From an uncultured delta proteobacterium (GTDB lineage Bacteria; Desulfobacterota; Binatia; UBA9968), in the NCBI GenBank assembly GCA_963760795.1, contig CAVXEP010000032.1, forward strand, positions 288,001 through 352,000: a stretch of 64,000 nt of DNA, written 5' to 3'. Position numbers and translations under genes: made by a program. The notes under the pieces were generated by a model. The model saw only the letters and a program-made list of their open reading frames with translations, was not told where the DNA came from and ran no database searches. Shown here piece after piece: positions 1-10,250 of this stretch; the first letter of the stretch is position 1; each line of letters starts with the position of its first letter.

Positions 1-516
1 ATCGGGAATCTCCAGGGCTCCGGTGGATGTCATTACTCGAGGATTGCCGAGATCGAAAGCGTTGGGCAGGACAGGTTTGGAGCCGACGGCGATGATCGCC
101 TTTTCATAACGGACAAACTTTTGCCCTTCGGTAGTTTCGACCCTGAGCGTCTGCGAATCTTCAAAGTGGCCGCGGCCGTGGATGACCTGAACCTTGCGAT
201 GCTCGGCGAGCGTCTTGATCCCTTGGCCAAGCTTGTCGAGAATGCCAGTTTTCCAAGCACGCAGTTTGTCGAGATCGATCTGCGCCGCTCCAAAGGCGAT
301 GCCGCGGGCTGCCGACTCTTTACTCTCGCGGAGGATTTCGGTGGCGTGGAGTAAGGCTTTCGACGGAATGCAGCCGACGTTGAGGCAGATACCGCCGAGA
401 CGTGGGCTTTGCTCAACCAGCGTAACCTGCTTGCCTTTGTCCGCCGCATAGAAGGCGGCGGCGTAGCCGCCTGGACCGGCGCCCAGGACTAAAATTTCCG
501 TCGTAATCGGTTCCAT
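1..516 (-). CDS. lpdA: Dihydrolipoamide dehydrogenase (E3), N-terminal part, runs off the window edge
   Basis: Manual translation from ATG at 516: MEPITTEILVLGAGPGGYAAAFYAA...GGICLNVGCIPSKALL (FAD-binding GxGxxG and redox CLNVGC motif); follows E2. Confidence 0.95.
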   Translation of the reverse strand, partial: MEPITTEILVLGAGPGGYAAAFYAADKGKQVTLVEQSPRLGGICLNVGCIPSKALLHATEILRESKESAARGIAFGAAQIDLDKLRAWKTGILDKLGQGIKTLAEHRKVQVIHGRGHFEDSQTLRVETTEGQKFVRYEKAIIAVGSKPVLPNAFDLGNPRVMTSTGALEIPD

Positions 517-528
517 AGTTCAGTCGAG

Positions 529-1854
529 CTATTTCACTTTGATGTCGGCTTCAGCGAAGGCTTCGAGGCCGGTGATGATGTCTTTGAGAAAGCGCACGGC
601 GTCGGCGCCGTCGAGCACGCGATGATCGTAGGCTAAGCAGAGCGGCAGGATGGTCCGGATGGCGATCTTGCCGTCAATGGCGACCGGTTTCGCTTGACCT
701 TGGCCGATGCCCAAAATCGCCACCTGGGGCGCGTAAATGATCGGCGTGAAGTGGCCGCCGCCGACGCTCCCTTGGTTGGAGATGGTGAAGCTGCCGCCTT
801 GCAGTTCTTCGATGGAAATCTTGCGCTCCCGGGTTTTCTCCGTCAGCGCGTGCAAGTCCGAGGAGATCTGCAGCAAGTCGTTTTTGTCGGCATCGCGCAG
901 CACTGGCACGATCAAGCCGCCGTCGGTGTCGACGGCAACGCCGATGTGGCAGTAGTCTTTGTAAACGATCTCCAGCGATACTTCGTCGATGCTCGCATTG
1001 GCGCGTGGATGGTTTTTCAGCGCGCGGCCAAGAATGAACAGAATGAGCGATGTCAAGGTCAGATGCGTGCCGTTTTTCTCATAGGCTGGCGCGTATTTTT
1101 TGCGCAGGGCGAGCAGCGCAGTGATATCGGCGTCGGCAAATTGATTGATCTTCGGAATCGACGTCCAGGACTCCAACATGCGCCGGCTCACCGTGCGCCG
1201 CAGCGGCGACATCTTTTCGCGCCGGACTGGACCCCACTTGGCGAAGTCGATTGTCTCCGTTGGCCTTGCTGCGGGTGATGGCGCGGCAACCGGAGCCGCC
1301 GGCGCTGTGTTTTGAAAGGCGAGATCCTGGAGCTTGCGAACGTAGGCTCTTAGATCGGCCATATTGATGCGCCCGCCGGCTTCGCTACCGCGAACCCGGG
1401 TCAAGTCGAGGTCGAGTTCGCGGGCGATTTTGCGGATCGCCGGTGCGGCGGGCGGCGCCATGCCGCTACTCGATTGGTAGCGGTAGTCGTCAACGGGCGC
1501 GGCGGTTGACGCTTGAACCGAGCTCGACGGTTGTCCACTGCTTGGCGTTGGAGCGCTGCTTGGGTTAACTGGCGAATCCGCAATCGCTTGCGTTACGGGG
1601 GCTGCATCTGGAGTTTCGATAGCCGCGGCCTCGATGGAGATTAGCGTCTGGCCGATATTAACTTCCATGCCTTGCTTAACATGGATCTTAGTCACGACGC
1701 CGGCGCTGGGCGCGGGGATGGAGCCAACGGCTTTTTGGGTTTCGAGTTCCATGAAAGCCTGGCCCTTCTCGATCGCCTGGCCTTCGGCGACCAAGATGCT
1801 GACCACCGTACCGCCCTCTACACCTTCAGCGAGTTGGGGAAGTTTTACGTCCAT
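529..1854 (-). CDS. aceF: Pyruvate dehydrogenase E2, dihydrolipoamide acetyltransferase
   Basis: One lipoyl domain (ETQKA), E3-binding domain, catalytic DHRVLDG. Confidence 0.93.
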   Translation of the reverse strand: MDVKLPQLAEGVEGGTVVSILVAEGQAIEKGQAFMELETQKAVGSIPAPSAGVVTKIHVKQGMEVNIGQTLISIEAAAIETPDAAPVTQAIADSPVNPSSAPTPSSGQPSSSVQASTAAPVDDYRYQSSSGMAPPAAPAIRKIARELDLDLTRVRGSEAGGRINMADLRAYVRKLQDLAFQNTAPAAPVAAPSPAARPTETIDFAKWGPVRREKMSPLRRTVSRRMLESWTSIPKINQFADADITALLALRKKYAPAYEKNGTHLTLTSLILFILGRALKNHPRANASIDEVSLEIVYKDYCHIGVAVDTDGGLIVPVLRDADKNDLLQISSDLHALTEKTRERKISIEELQGGSFTISNQGSVGGGHFTPIIYAPQVAILGIGQGQAKPVAIDGKIAIRTILPLCLAYDHRVLDGADAVRFLKDIITGLEAFAEADIKVK

Positions 1855-1887
1855 GGAGAATGTCGCTGCTGCTGATCTTTGAACTTT

Positions 1888-4614
1888 TTATATGTAGAAC
1901 GGGAATGGTTTTTCCGGGTCGATGCCGAGCTTGCGGATCGCTGCTTCAACGACTCGCGCCGGAAACGCCTCTTTCTGGTGCAATGCGTAGAGTGTGGCGA
2001 GGGTGGTCAGTTCGGCGTCAACTTCAAAAAATCGCCTAAGGTTGGCACGGGTATCGCTGCGGCCGAAACCGTCGGTGCCGAGTGTCATCAATCCGCCGGG
2101 AATCCACGGCGCGACTTGATCCGGCACCATCTTCATATAATCGGAAACCGCGATATACACGCCTTCTTCGTTCTCTAAAACCGATTCGAGATAGGACTTC
2201 TTCGGCGCCGCCGTGGGATGAAGCATGTTCCAACGTCTGGTGCGCAGGGCATCGCCGCGCAATAACTTGTAGCTGGTCGCGCTCCAGACATCGGCGCTGA
2301 CATCGAATTGCTCGGCCAGGACTACCTGGGCGCGCAACGCTTCGCGCAGGATCGGGCCGCTGCCGAACAGATGCGCTTTGTATTTTTTGCCTTTAGTCGC
2401 CGCTTTCACTTTGTACAGGCCCTTGAGTATGCCTTCTTCAGCTCCCTCAGGCATCGCCGGCATCTCGTAGCTCTCATTGTAGAGGGTCAGGTAGTAAAAA
2501 CTTTCCTCGCCCTCGGCGTAGAGCCGGCGCATACCGTCCTTGACGATCACGGCGATTTCGTAGGCGAAGGCGGCGTCGTAGGTCAGCAAGGTTGGAATTG
2601 TGCTCGCGAGCAAATGGCTATGGCCGTCTTGGTGCTGCAACCCTTCGCCATTCAACGTGGTCCGGCCCGCGGTGGCGCCAAGCAGGAAGCCCTTGCTCTT
2701 GCTGTCGGCGGCGGCCCAGATGAGATCGCCAATGCGCTGAAAGCCGAACATCGAATAGTAAAAGTAGAAGGGAACCATATTGACGCCGAGATTGGCGTAG
2801 GCGGTGCCGGCGGCGATGAACGACGACATGGAACCGGCCTCGGTGATGCCTTCTTCGAGAATCTGGCCATCTTTCACTTCGTTGTAAAAGAGCAAAGTCT
2901 CTCTATCGACCGGTTCGTAGAGCTGCCCTTTGGAAGAATAAATGCCGATCTGGCGAAACAAGGAATCCATGCCAAAGGTCCGGGCTTCGTCGGGGATGAT
3001 CGGCACGATACGTTTGCCGATGCCTTCGTGGCGCAACAGCTTGGTTAGCAACCGCACGGCCGCCATGGTGGTTGACATCGAATGGCCGCCCGAACCCTTA
3101 TAAAATTCTGCGTATTCCGAGTCGGCGGGGACGTTTAACGGTTCGGCACGCACCTTACGTTCGGGCACGAAGCCGTTCAACTGCTTTCGCCGCTCCAACA
3201 GATACTCGGTCTCCGGGCTGTCGAGCGGCGGGCGGTAAAAAGGCGTTTCGACAACTTCTTCATCCGGCAGGGGAATATCGAAGCGCGTGCGAAACTCGCG
3301 CAGCTCCCGTTCGTTCAACTTCTTTTGCTGGTGGGTGATATTGCGGCCTTCGCCGGCTTCGCCCAGTCCGTAGCCTTTGACGGTTTTTGCCAGGATGACC
3401 GTCGGTGCGCCTTTGTGTTCCACCGCGGCTTTATAGGCGGAATAGACTTTCATCGGATCATGTCCGCCGCGCAGGAGCTTATGAATCTGGTCGTCGGACA
3501 TATGGTTGACCATCTCGAGCAGCTCAGGATACTTGCCGAAAAAATGCTTTCTGGTATAGCTGCCGGGCTCCACGGAGTATTTCTGATAATCGCCGTCGAC
3601 GGCCTCTTCCATGCGCTTGAGTAAAAGTCCTTTATCGTCCTTGGCGAGCAGAGGATCCCAGTCGGAGCCCCAGATTACTTTAATGACGTTCCAACCGGCG
3701 CCGCGAAACAGCGCTTCGAGTTCTTGAATTATTTTGCCATTGCCGCGCACCGGTCCGTCGAGGCGCTGGAGATTGCAGTTAACCACCCAGACTAAATTGT
3801 CGAGATTTTCCCGCGATGCCAAAGTTATCGCGCCGGAGGACTCCGGCTCATCCATCTCGCCGTCGCCGGCGTAACAAAATATCCGCGGCTCTTCGCCGCT
3901 AATCAGGCCGCGGCTCTTGAGGTAGCGGACGAATCTCGCCTGGTAAATCGACATGATCGGCGCCAACCCCATGGATACCGTGGGGAACTGCCAAAATTCG
4001 GGCATCAGATAAGGATGTGGATAGGAGGATATACCGTCGACGCTGGAGAGTTCCTGGCGGAAATGATGCAACCTTGGCGCGTCGATGCGCCGTTCGACGT
4101 AGGCGCGCGAGTAGACCCCCGGCGAGGCATGGCCCTGAAAGTAAACCATGTCGCCTAAATTGCTGCCATCGCTGCCGCGGAAGAAATGATTTTGCCCGAC
4201 CTCGTACAGCGTTGCCGACGATGCATAGGTAGAAATATGGCCGCCGATATCGGCATGAAGCCGATTGGCTTTGACCACCATGGCCATGGCGTTCCAGCGT
4301 ACATAACTCTTGATGCGCCGCTCGATCTCGCGTTTGCCTGGATAGGGTGGCTCCTTTTCCGGCGCGATCGTATTGATATAGGGCGTGCTGACTGACAGAG
4401 GAATCTTGAGGCCGGATTGGCGCAAACGGTCGGATAGCTCCTCGACCAGCAGCGCTGCTTGTTCCGGTTCTTCGTTCTTTAAGATAGATTCCAGAATGTA
4501 TTCCAGCGACGCGACCCATTTACGACGGTCCGACTTGGTGGATTTGCCATTGTCCTGTTCGCCGATGACGGTGCTGCCGTCGGTAGTGGGTTTGTTCTCG
4601 AATTGCATGAGCAC
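1888..4614 (-). CDS. aceE: Pyruvate dehydrogenase E1, homodimeric type
   Basis: GGHISTY, FPTVSMGL, TPP motif GDGEMDEPE, GEGLQHQDG, TDGFGRSD. Confidence 0.96.
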   Translation of the reverse strand: MLMQFENKPTTDGSTVIGEQDNGKSTKSDRRKWVASLEYILESILKNEEPEQAALLVEELSDRLRQSGLKIPLSVSTPYINTIAPEKEPPYPGKREIERRIKSYVRWNAMAMVVKANRLHADIGGHISTYASSATLYEVGQNHFFRGSDGSNLGDMVYFQGHASPGVYSRAYVERRIDAPRLHHFRQELSSVDGISSYPHPYLMPEFWQFPTVSMGLAPIMSIYQARFVRYLKSRGLISGEEPRIFCYAGDGEMDEPESSGAITLASRENLDNLVWVVNCNLQRLDGPVRGNGKIIQELEALFRGAGWNVIKVIWGSDWDPLLAKDDKGLLLKRMEEAVDGDYQKYSVEPGSYTRKHFFGKYPELLEMVNHMSDDQIHKLLRGGHDPMKVYSAYKAAVEHKGAPTVILAKTVKGYGLGEAGEGRNITHQQKKLNERELREFRTRFDIPLPDEEVVETPFYRPPLDSPETEYLLERRKQLNGFVPERKVRAEPLNVPADSEYAEFYKGSGGHSMSTTMAAVRLLTKLLRHEGIGKRIVPIIPDEARTFGMDSLFRQIGIYSSKGQLYEPVDRETLLFYNEVKDGQILEEGITEAGSMSSFIAAGTAYANLGVNMVPFYFYYSMFGFQRIGDLIWAAADSKSKGFLLGATAGRTTLNGEGLQHQDGHSHLLASTIPTLLTYDAAFAYEIAVIVKDGMRRLYAEGEESFYYLTLYNESYEMPAMPEGAEEGILKGLYKVKAATKGKKYKAHLFGSGPILREALRAQVVLAEQFDVSADVWSATSYKLLRGDALRTRRWNMLHPTAAPKKSYLESVLENEEGVYIAVSDYMKMVPDQVAPWIPGGLMTLGTDGFGRSDTRANLRRFFEVDAELTTLATLYALHQKEAFPARVVEAAIRKLGIDPEKPFPFYI

Positions 4615-4668
4615 TAGCTCCGGGATTTTTAGGAGATAACAAAACTACGGTAAAATCAACTAAAGCGT

Positions 4669-5388
4669 ATGAAATACCTTGATCTAACTTTTCCTGATGC
4701 GGCGCAAAATCTCGCTTGCGACGAAGCCTTACTAGAATTTTTCGAACAAGCCCGCGGTAGCGAGGAGTTGCTGCGTATCTGGCAACCGGTCCAATACTTT
4801 GTCGTGCTCGGTCATGGCAATAAATGGCGCGATGAAGTCGAGAGTGTCCTCTGCGTTGCCGACGCCATTCCGGTATTGCGCCGCTGTAGCGGCGGCGGAA
4901 CAGTCATGCAGGGCCCCGGTTGTTTGAACTACTCGCTGATTCTCCGGCAGGATAGCTTTTCCAACGCCAGTGTCCAAGCAGCCTTCGATTTTGTGCTCTG
5001 CCGTCATCGCTGCTCTCTGGAAGCGCTGACCCGCCAACCAGTGTCGGTCAAAGGTCAAAGCGATCTCACCCTCGGCGAACGAAAGTTTTCCGGCAACGCG
5101 CAGTATCGCAAACGTGAGTATGTGTTGGTTCATGGCACATTCTTGCTGCATTACGACTTTTCCTTAATTGACCGTTATCTCTCTATGCCGGCTAAGCAGC
5201 CAGATTATCGCCGCCAGAGAAATCATGGCGATTTCTTGGTTAACCTGGAAATCGACCCGGCAAAGCTGCGCGCGGCTTTACGGTTAGAATGGGCTGCCGA
5301 AGAGCTCTTCAGCGCGATCCCATGTGACCGGATAAATCGCCTACTGCATGAACGCTACCTGCGCGCGGCGTGGAATGAAAAATTCTGA
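4669..5388 (+). CDS. Lipoate-protein ligase family (single catalytic domain)
   Basis: RRCSGGGTV, KFSGNAQ and HGT motifs; divergent from the PDH operon. Confidence 0.88.
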   Translation: MKYLDLTFPDAAQNLACDEALLEFFEQARGSEELLRIWQPVQYFVVLGHGNKWRDEVESVLCVADAIPVLRRCSGGGTVMQGPGCLNYSLILRQDSFSNASVQAAFDFVLCRHRCSLEALTRQPVSVKGQSDLTLGERKFSGNAQYRKREYVLVHGTFLLHYDFSLIDRYLSMPAKQPDYRRQRNHGDFLVNLEIDPAKLRAALRLEWAAEELFSAIPCDRINRLLHERYLRAAWNEKF

Positions 5389-5415
5389 CGATTGCCTCGC
5401 GAAGCTAATAAGCCG

Positions 5416-5474
5416 TCCCCCGAGAATCCCTCAAGTTGCAATATCCTCTGGAATCGTTCGGATTCTCGGGGGGA
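5416..5474. terminator. Stem-loop between the convergent lipoate ligase gene and tRNA-Met
   Basis: CCCCCGAGAATCC ... GGATTCTCGGGGG inverted repeat. Confidence 0.6.
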
Positions 5475-5478
5475 GATT

Positions 5479-5555
5479 TGGTGGCGGTGGACAGAGTCGA
5501 ACTGTCGACGCCGCGGATATGAGCCGCGTGCTCTGACCATCTGAGCTACACCGCC
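5479..5555 (-). tRNA. tRNA-Met (CAT), elongator type
   Basis: Reverse complement GGCGGTGTAGCTCAG...CGCGG-CTCATAT-CCGCG...GTTCGACTC...CACCGCCACCA; paired G1-C72 argues against initiator. Confidence 0.93.
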
Positions 5556-5597
5556 AAACCGTGCGATAAGCCATGACGATATGGGGGATAGATCAAC

Positions 5598-6326
5598 CTA
5601 CCTGAAAGTGGTTGGAGCTGCATTCCACTTCTGCTGAATGGAGGTTTTACTGACGCGCTTTTTGCCTCGGCCGATTTGATAAAGGATCTTCTCATCTGTG
5701 TCCAAGCAAGTCAACATATTGCCATAAACCAACCCAGTATCGAGGCCGATTTTGTAGGGCAAGTGGTAGAGGACAGCGTGTTGAGGGGTGTGACCGAAGA
5801 TTATCGTGTAAGGCAGAGTGTGGGAACTACGCAGAAACGGATCGCGAATCCACAACAGATCTTCATCGCTCTGTTCCTGCAAGGATTTGTCGGGATGTAC
5901 CCCGGCGTGAACGCACAGGTAGGGCTCGGTCAAATAATAATTTTCCAGAGCCTGATAAAACGCTAGGTGCGCGGGCGGCATCGCGGCCTGGAGTTGATTC
6001 GGCGACGGGTTGTCGGTGATGACGCCATAGCTTTGCACGGTGGCCCGCCCGCCATTTGGCAAAAACATATTGCCATGATGGCCGCTCAATCCTAGATAGG
6101 AGAGCAGCATGTCCTCGTGGTTGCCTTTTAGAAATACCAGTTTATTCTCACCCAGAGACGCCTTGAGCTCAATGAGGAACGAAACCACCCCGCTGGAGTC
6201 GGATCCGCGGTCGATGTAATCGCCGAGGAAGACGATTTCATCGCCAGGCCGAACCGGTAAGGCGTCAACCAAATGACGCAGCTCCGCCGAACAGCCATGG
6301 ATATCGCCAATTACGAAACTGCTCAT
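5598..6326 (-). CDS. Metallophosphoesterase (PPP-family Ser/Thr phosphatase-like)
   Basis: GDIHG, GDYIDRG, GNHE, HAG, GHTP, DTG motifs. Confidence 0.9.
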   Translation of the reverse strand: MSSFVIGDIHGCSAELRHLVDALPVRPGDEIVFLGDYIDRGSDSSGVVSFLIELKASLGENKLVFLKGNHEDMLLSYLGLSGHHGNMFLPNGGRATVQSYGVITDNPSPNQLQAAMPPAHLAFYQALENYYLTEPYLCVHAGVHPDKSLQEQSDEDLLWIRDPFLRSSHTLPYTIIFGHTPQHAVLYHLPYKIGLDTGLVYGNMLTCLDTDEKILYQIGRGKKRVSKTSIQQKWNAAPTTFR

Positions 6327-6391
6327 CGTCTTAAGTCTAAGCTACTCGTTCTGGCAGTGCAAATTAACCAGCGGCTCCTCGGTGAGATTGA

Positions 6392-6808
6392 ATGGGTATC
6401 CGCTTTAATCGGGAAGTGCGACTTGGCATGAAGGTACGCGAACTCTACGCCAATTATTTCATGATTGCTGGACTAGGTTGCCTGCTGCTCGGCTTGGGCA
6501 ATTGGATTATTGGTGCGGTAGAAACCGCCAAATATCAAAACCTTTTGCTCAAAACCGCCCAAACCGGACTCGAAGAGTCCTATCGCAATTTTCAACAGCT
6601 CGATCAGCAGCGCAACGAAGAGGTGTTGCGCCGCCTGACTGAGAATCGAGAAAAATACAACGCCGCGCGGGTAAAGCTAAACTTTTTCTACGTCGTTCTG
6701 ACCGGGGGGAGGCTATTGTTCCTAATCGGATCGTTGATCGCGGTGGTTACGCTGTTTCGTTTGATTCGGCGCGATGCCCAATCGAAGATTCAAAAACTTG
6801 AGTTTTAA
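6392..6808 (+). CDS. Hypothetical two-TM membrane protein
   Basis: 138-aa ORF with two hydrophobic segments flanking a Gln/Glu-rich helix; fills the gap between genes. Confidence 0.7.
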   Translation: MGIRFNREVRLGMKVRELYANYFMIAGLGCLLLGLGNWIIGAVETAKYQNLLLKTAQTGLEESYRNFQQLDQQRNEEVLRRLTENREKYNAARVKLNFFYVVLTGGRLLFLIGSLIAVVTLFRLIRRDAQSKIQKLEF

Positions 6809-6829
6809 CGGCTTATGCCGCGCGTCGCA

Positions 6830-7852
6830 TCACTTCGCTGGTTTTGATTTCTGGTATTTTCGATAGTCGTATCCGGTCGCCATCGCCAGTAAGATATCTT
6901 CCATGCCGCCGCTTTTTTCCCGCCTTAAGATTAATAATCGGTCGTAAAACTCTTTGTAGTCTTTATGAACCCGCAGGCTTTCGTCCATTTTCTTGAGATA
7001 AAAATCCTTGATTCGAGTAACGGTAAAACGCAGGGCGGAAAACCTCAATTCGTTGGGGAAGGAGTCCCATTCGGGCAGCGACAGGGGCCGTAAGCTTTCA
7101 TAACCGGCGATCAATGCTTCGAAGCGGTCGATTTGGTAGCGATCGTCGATGAAGCATAGGGCGTTAACCGCGGTGGCTAAGTCATAAATCAGCTTGCCAC
7201 GGCAGGAAGCTTCGAAGTCCATCACACCGGTAAGACGATTCCCTTTGAATTTCACGTTGTCGGGGAAGAGGTCGCCGTGAATAATCCCTTTGGGCAAGTT
7301 ATTGTCCAAGTAGTTTTCCAGGTAGCCGAACTCATCGTCGAGAACTCTAATGATGTTCTTTAAATGGGGCGGCAGCTGACGCCGGACGTCGCGGTAGATG
7401 CCAACGATGCGATTGAAGCCGAAACGATTATCAATGCCCTTTTTATAGCTTCTGCCAAGCAGGTGCAGGTTCGCCAATGCGTGACCGATCGCGGTCAAGT
7501 GGGTGGGGGTGATGGTGGTTACCGGAAGCTCGACACCGTCGATATAGCGAGTCACGGTCAAACACTTACCCTGAAGATCAATCGTGAATCGGCCGGTCTT
7601 AGTTTTCTGTGGTTGATGGCAAGGATAATTTTGCTTGCGTAGGTGCAATAACAGATCGAGTTCCTGTTTTACCTCTAGTTCGCCTTTCACTTCATCTATT
7701 TTCGCGAAGAATCGCCCTTTTTTTGTCTCAATGAGGTAGTGCGTATTGACGGAGCCATTTTTAACGCCGGTAAATGAAACCAGGTCGCCGAGCATGAATT
7801 CATCGACAATATTCACGATCTCTTTTTTCGTCACTGTTGTGTAAATAGCCAT
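6830..7852 (-). CDS. thrB: Homoserine kinase, type II (APH-like fold)
   Basis: MAIYT start, GSVNTHY, PKGIIHGDLFPDN, DFE motifs. Confidence 0.85.
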   Translation of the reverse strand: MAIYTTVTKKEIVNIVDEFMLGDLVSFTGVKNGSVNTHYLIETKKGRFFAKIDEVKGELEVKQELDLLLHLRKQNYPCHQPQKTKTGRFTIDLQGKCLTVTRYIDGVELPVTTITPTHLTAIGHALANLHLLGRSYKKGIDNRFGFNRIVGIYRDVRRQLPPHLKNIIRVLDDEFGYLENYLDNNLPKGIIHGDLFPDNVKFKGNRLTGVMDFEASCRGKLIYDLATAVNALCFIDDRYQIDRFEALIAGYESLRPLSLPEWDSFPNELRFSALRFTVTRIKDFYLKKMDESLRVHKDYKEFYDRLLILRREKSGGMEDILLAMATGYDYRKYQKSKPAK

Positions 7853-8542
7853 TAATCGCTTTCTTGGAGTGGGCTGAGCAGTTTATCGTCAACGCGTGAT
7901 CGTCAGCCAACAGCGTGAAATAGTAACCTTCCTTACTTATATAGGAATTGCCTAGCCAGGTCAAGGTTTATATAGAAATATGTAATTAAATCAATTTGTT
8001 ATGTGTATAAGCTAATTTTTTAGTTTGGCTGTAATCGGGAAATCTCCCGGGCAAGTTGGGTTGTTACTTTTTGGTTTTAACGCGCTAGACAAGGCGGCGG
8101 CTCTTTGCTGATTTTCCTACTCGCGGGTTCATAATAGCGTGTATTTGCTTGCCGCATCGATAAGAATTTGCTGAAAATCTTGAAGCAATCTGTCTATGGT
8201 GCAACGTTGACGGGCTGTACTATTCGTTGGCGAGGCTGGCGCGCATTCTTGAATCTCGGCGGTTGCCGAAGCAAGGCCGGGACGCCTTCAATATTACGTA
8301 ATCAAGGAATCAGGGCTCAAGCGGGGAACGGCGTTATCAAATGAGCGCTCGATGTATTTCACGTCATATGAAGTTCTAGTTTCTTGGTTTGGGGCCTGAA
8401 GTTACTCTTCCCACGGGCGCATCTGCAACTGTCCATCGACCCGGTAGTCAGGTTGATTTGTCAACAACATAAAAACAGAGTACCGTCAGTTACAAATTCA
8501 TTTGAGATTGAAGGTGGTCAATTGAATCCAACAGTTCGAGGT

Positions 8543-9040
8543 ATGACGAAGGCGGATTCGCACTCCGGCCAGGACCGGTTGCTGGCCGATTCGGTGGTAT
8601 TGACGCGATTGGACAAAGCGTTGGGTTGGGCGCGCAAGTATTCGTTGTTCCCGTATCCATTTGCCACGGCCTGTTGCGCCATGGAGTATATGTCGTTATC
8701 CATGTCGCCCTACGATATCGACCGGTTCGGCGCCTTATTGCCGCGCTTTAGCCCGCGTCAGGCGGATCTTCTGATGGTGATTGGAACGGTCAACCATAAG
8801 CTTTCGCCCGTGCTGAAAAGAGTTTACGAGCAAATGTCCGAGCCCAAATGGGTCATGGCATTCGGCGCTTGCGCCGCCAGCGGCGGCTTTTACGACAACT
8901 ACGCGACGGTTCAAGGCATCGACCGAATTATTCCGGTTGACGTCTATGTGCCCGGCTGCCCGCCACGTCCAGAGGCCGTCTTGGACGGGCTCATGGAGTT
9001 ACAAGGCCGGATTGCGCAACAAAAACATCCCGTCACCTGA
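8543..9040 (+). CDS. nuoB: NADH-quinone oxidoreductase subunit B (stand-alone)
   Basis: TACCAME, RFSPRQAD, EPKWV, GACA, VPGCPPRPE; ATG at 8543 after GAGG. Confidence 0.93.
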   Translation: MTKADSHSGQDRLLADSVVLTRLDKALGWARKYSLFPYPFATACCAMEYMSLSMSPYDIDRFGALLPRFSPRQADLLMVIGTVNHKLSPVLKRVYEQMSEPKWVMAFGACAASGGFYDNYATVQGIDRIIPVDVYVPGCPPRPEAVLDGLMELQGRIAQQKHPVT

Positions 9041-9125
9041 ACGTTTGGACAATCTTGCGCCGCTGTTCGGCGGTTGCCGCCAAGACGCCTTGCCAAACGA
9101 TTCTGGTCCACTTTCCGCACACTCA

Positions 9126-9390
9126 ATGGCTGAACCAGACAAAGACCCGTTGCTGTCAAACCGCGGTGATATGTATCACCAAGGCGTGGTCACGAAGTTG
9201 TTTCCGTCAAATAACACCGGCGTGGTGCGTACCGAGAGCGGTCGTGAGCTGACGTTTTCCTACGACTTGGTGGATCTGGTCGGCGACGGTCAAGTCAGCG
9301 CTTGATTTGCGGGTTGGCGAACAGGTTGGTTACGACCTGGGTTGGACTTCGGCGGGCTTGCGCGTGACTAAGATAAAAACCTATCGTTAA
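9126..9390 (+). CDS. Small OB-fold/cold-shock-like protein (one frameshift near 9285)
   Basis: YHQGVVTKLFPSNNTGVVRTESGRELTF continues in another frame as LRVGEQVGYDLGWTSAGLRVTKIKTYR*. Confidence 0.6.
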
Positions 9391-9415
9391 GCGGCGAATG
9401 ATCTGCGCACGGAGA

Positions 9416-10246
9416 CTAAAATGGCAGAGCCGTGAGCGCGAGAATCTGCCGGCCCAATATCTCGCCGACAAAAACCCCCAACAGCGCGATATAAAATAAC
9501 CCGGTTGCCGCCATCGTGTGGGGAATTTGCAAAGTCCGCCAGATCATCCACGACAATATCAGCGGTGCGATTTGTCCGGCCATGAGTCGGGTGACGAGCA
9601 ACGTCGAATGGTGTTGCCAGAGACGATCGAGGGCCGTGACACTGGCTGCGTTTCCGGCCAAATATAGGAGCGGGGCTGCAACCAGATAAAATAGCCATTG
9701 CGAGGCCAAGGCGTAGATAAAGAATTTAAAAATCCGAATAAACGGCTCCAGGCTTTGGCCGGTGTCGATCAAATACCAGTGGCCGATCAGCATGCCCACG
9801 GTGACCCCGCCGAGGAGCAACGACGAGAGAAAAAACGCTATCGGATAAATCACCGTCTCCACGGACAGTAGCGGCGCGCTGGAAAAACTAGCGGTGGTGC
9901 AGAGCAAGCCGGCGAGGCCGGTGAGGACGGTGGCGGCGAAACTGCGGGCGCGAAAGACTTGCCGTTCGCCCCAGAGAGAAATCATGTAAGCGGTAAACGC
10001 CGTAATGAATGCGCTGTGAAAGAATATCTCAAAGCCCAGGCCCGGGCTTATGGGTTGGCTGAAAGCTTGCAAATAAAAAACGCTCTTGCCGAACAATCCC
10101 AGCAGGGCGATGAAGTACAAGACGCCGGCGGTGGATTTGTAAAAACCTCGCTCGATTTCGTGAAACGGTGTGCCGGCCAGGGCGAACATGCCGCCCAAGG
10201 CGATCTGGTAGAAGAAAATCAAAAAGCTGCTGGAAAAACCTTGCAT
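9416..10246 (-). CDS. Uncharacterised polytopic membrane protein with GHWYL motif
   Basis: About 8 hydrophobic segments; MLIGHWYL and ATGLFY motifs; starts 4 bp after the menG stop. Confidence 0.75.
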   Translation of the reverse strand: MQGFSSSFLIFFYQIALGGMFALAGTPFHEIERGFYKSTAGVLYFIALLGLFGKSVFYLQAFSQPISPGLGFEIFFHSAFITAFTAYMISLWGERQVFRARSFAATVLTGLAGLLCTTASFSSAPLLSVETVIYPIAFFLSSLLLGGVTVGMLIGHWYLIDTGQSLEPFIRIFKFFIYALASQWLFYLVAAPLLYLAGNAASVTALDRLWQHHSTLLVTRLMAGQIAPLILSWMIWRTLQIPHTMAATGLFYIALLGVFVGEILGRQILALTALPF

Positions 10247-10250
10247 CTTC

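Noticed and set aside
8237-8253. Possible sigma-54 site TGGCGCGCATTCTTGA upstream of nuoB
   Set aside because: Spacing is off by one and the -12 GC is absent.
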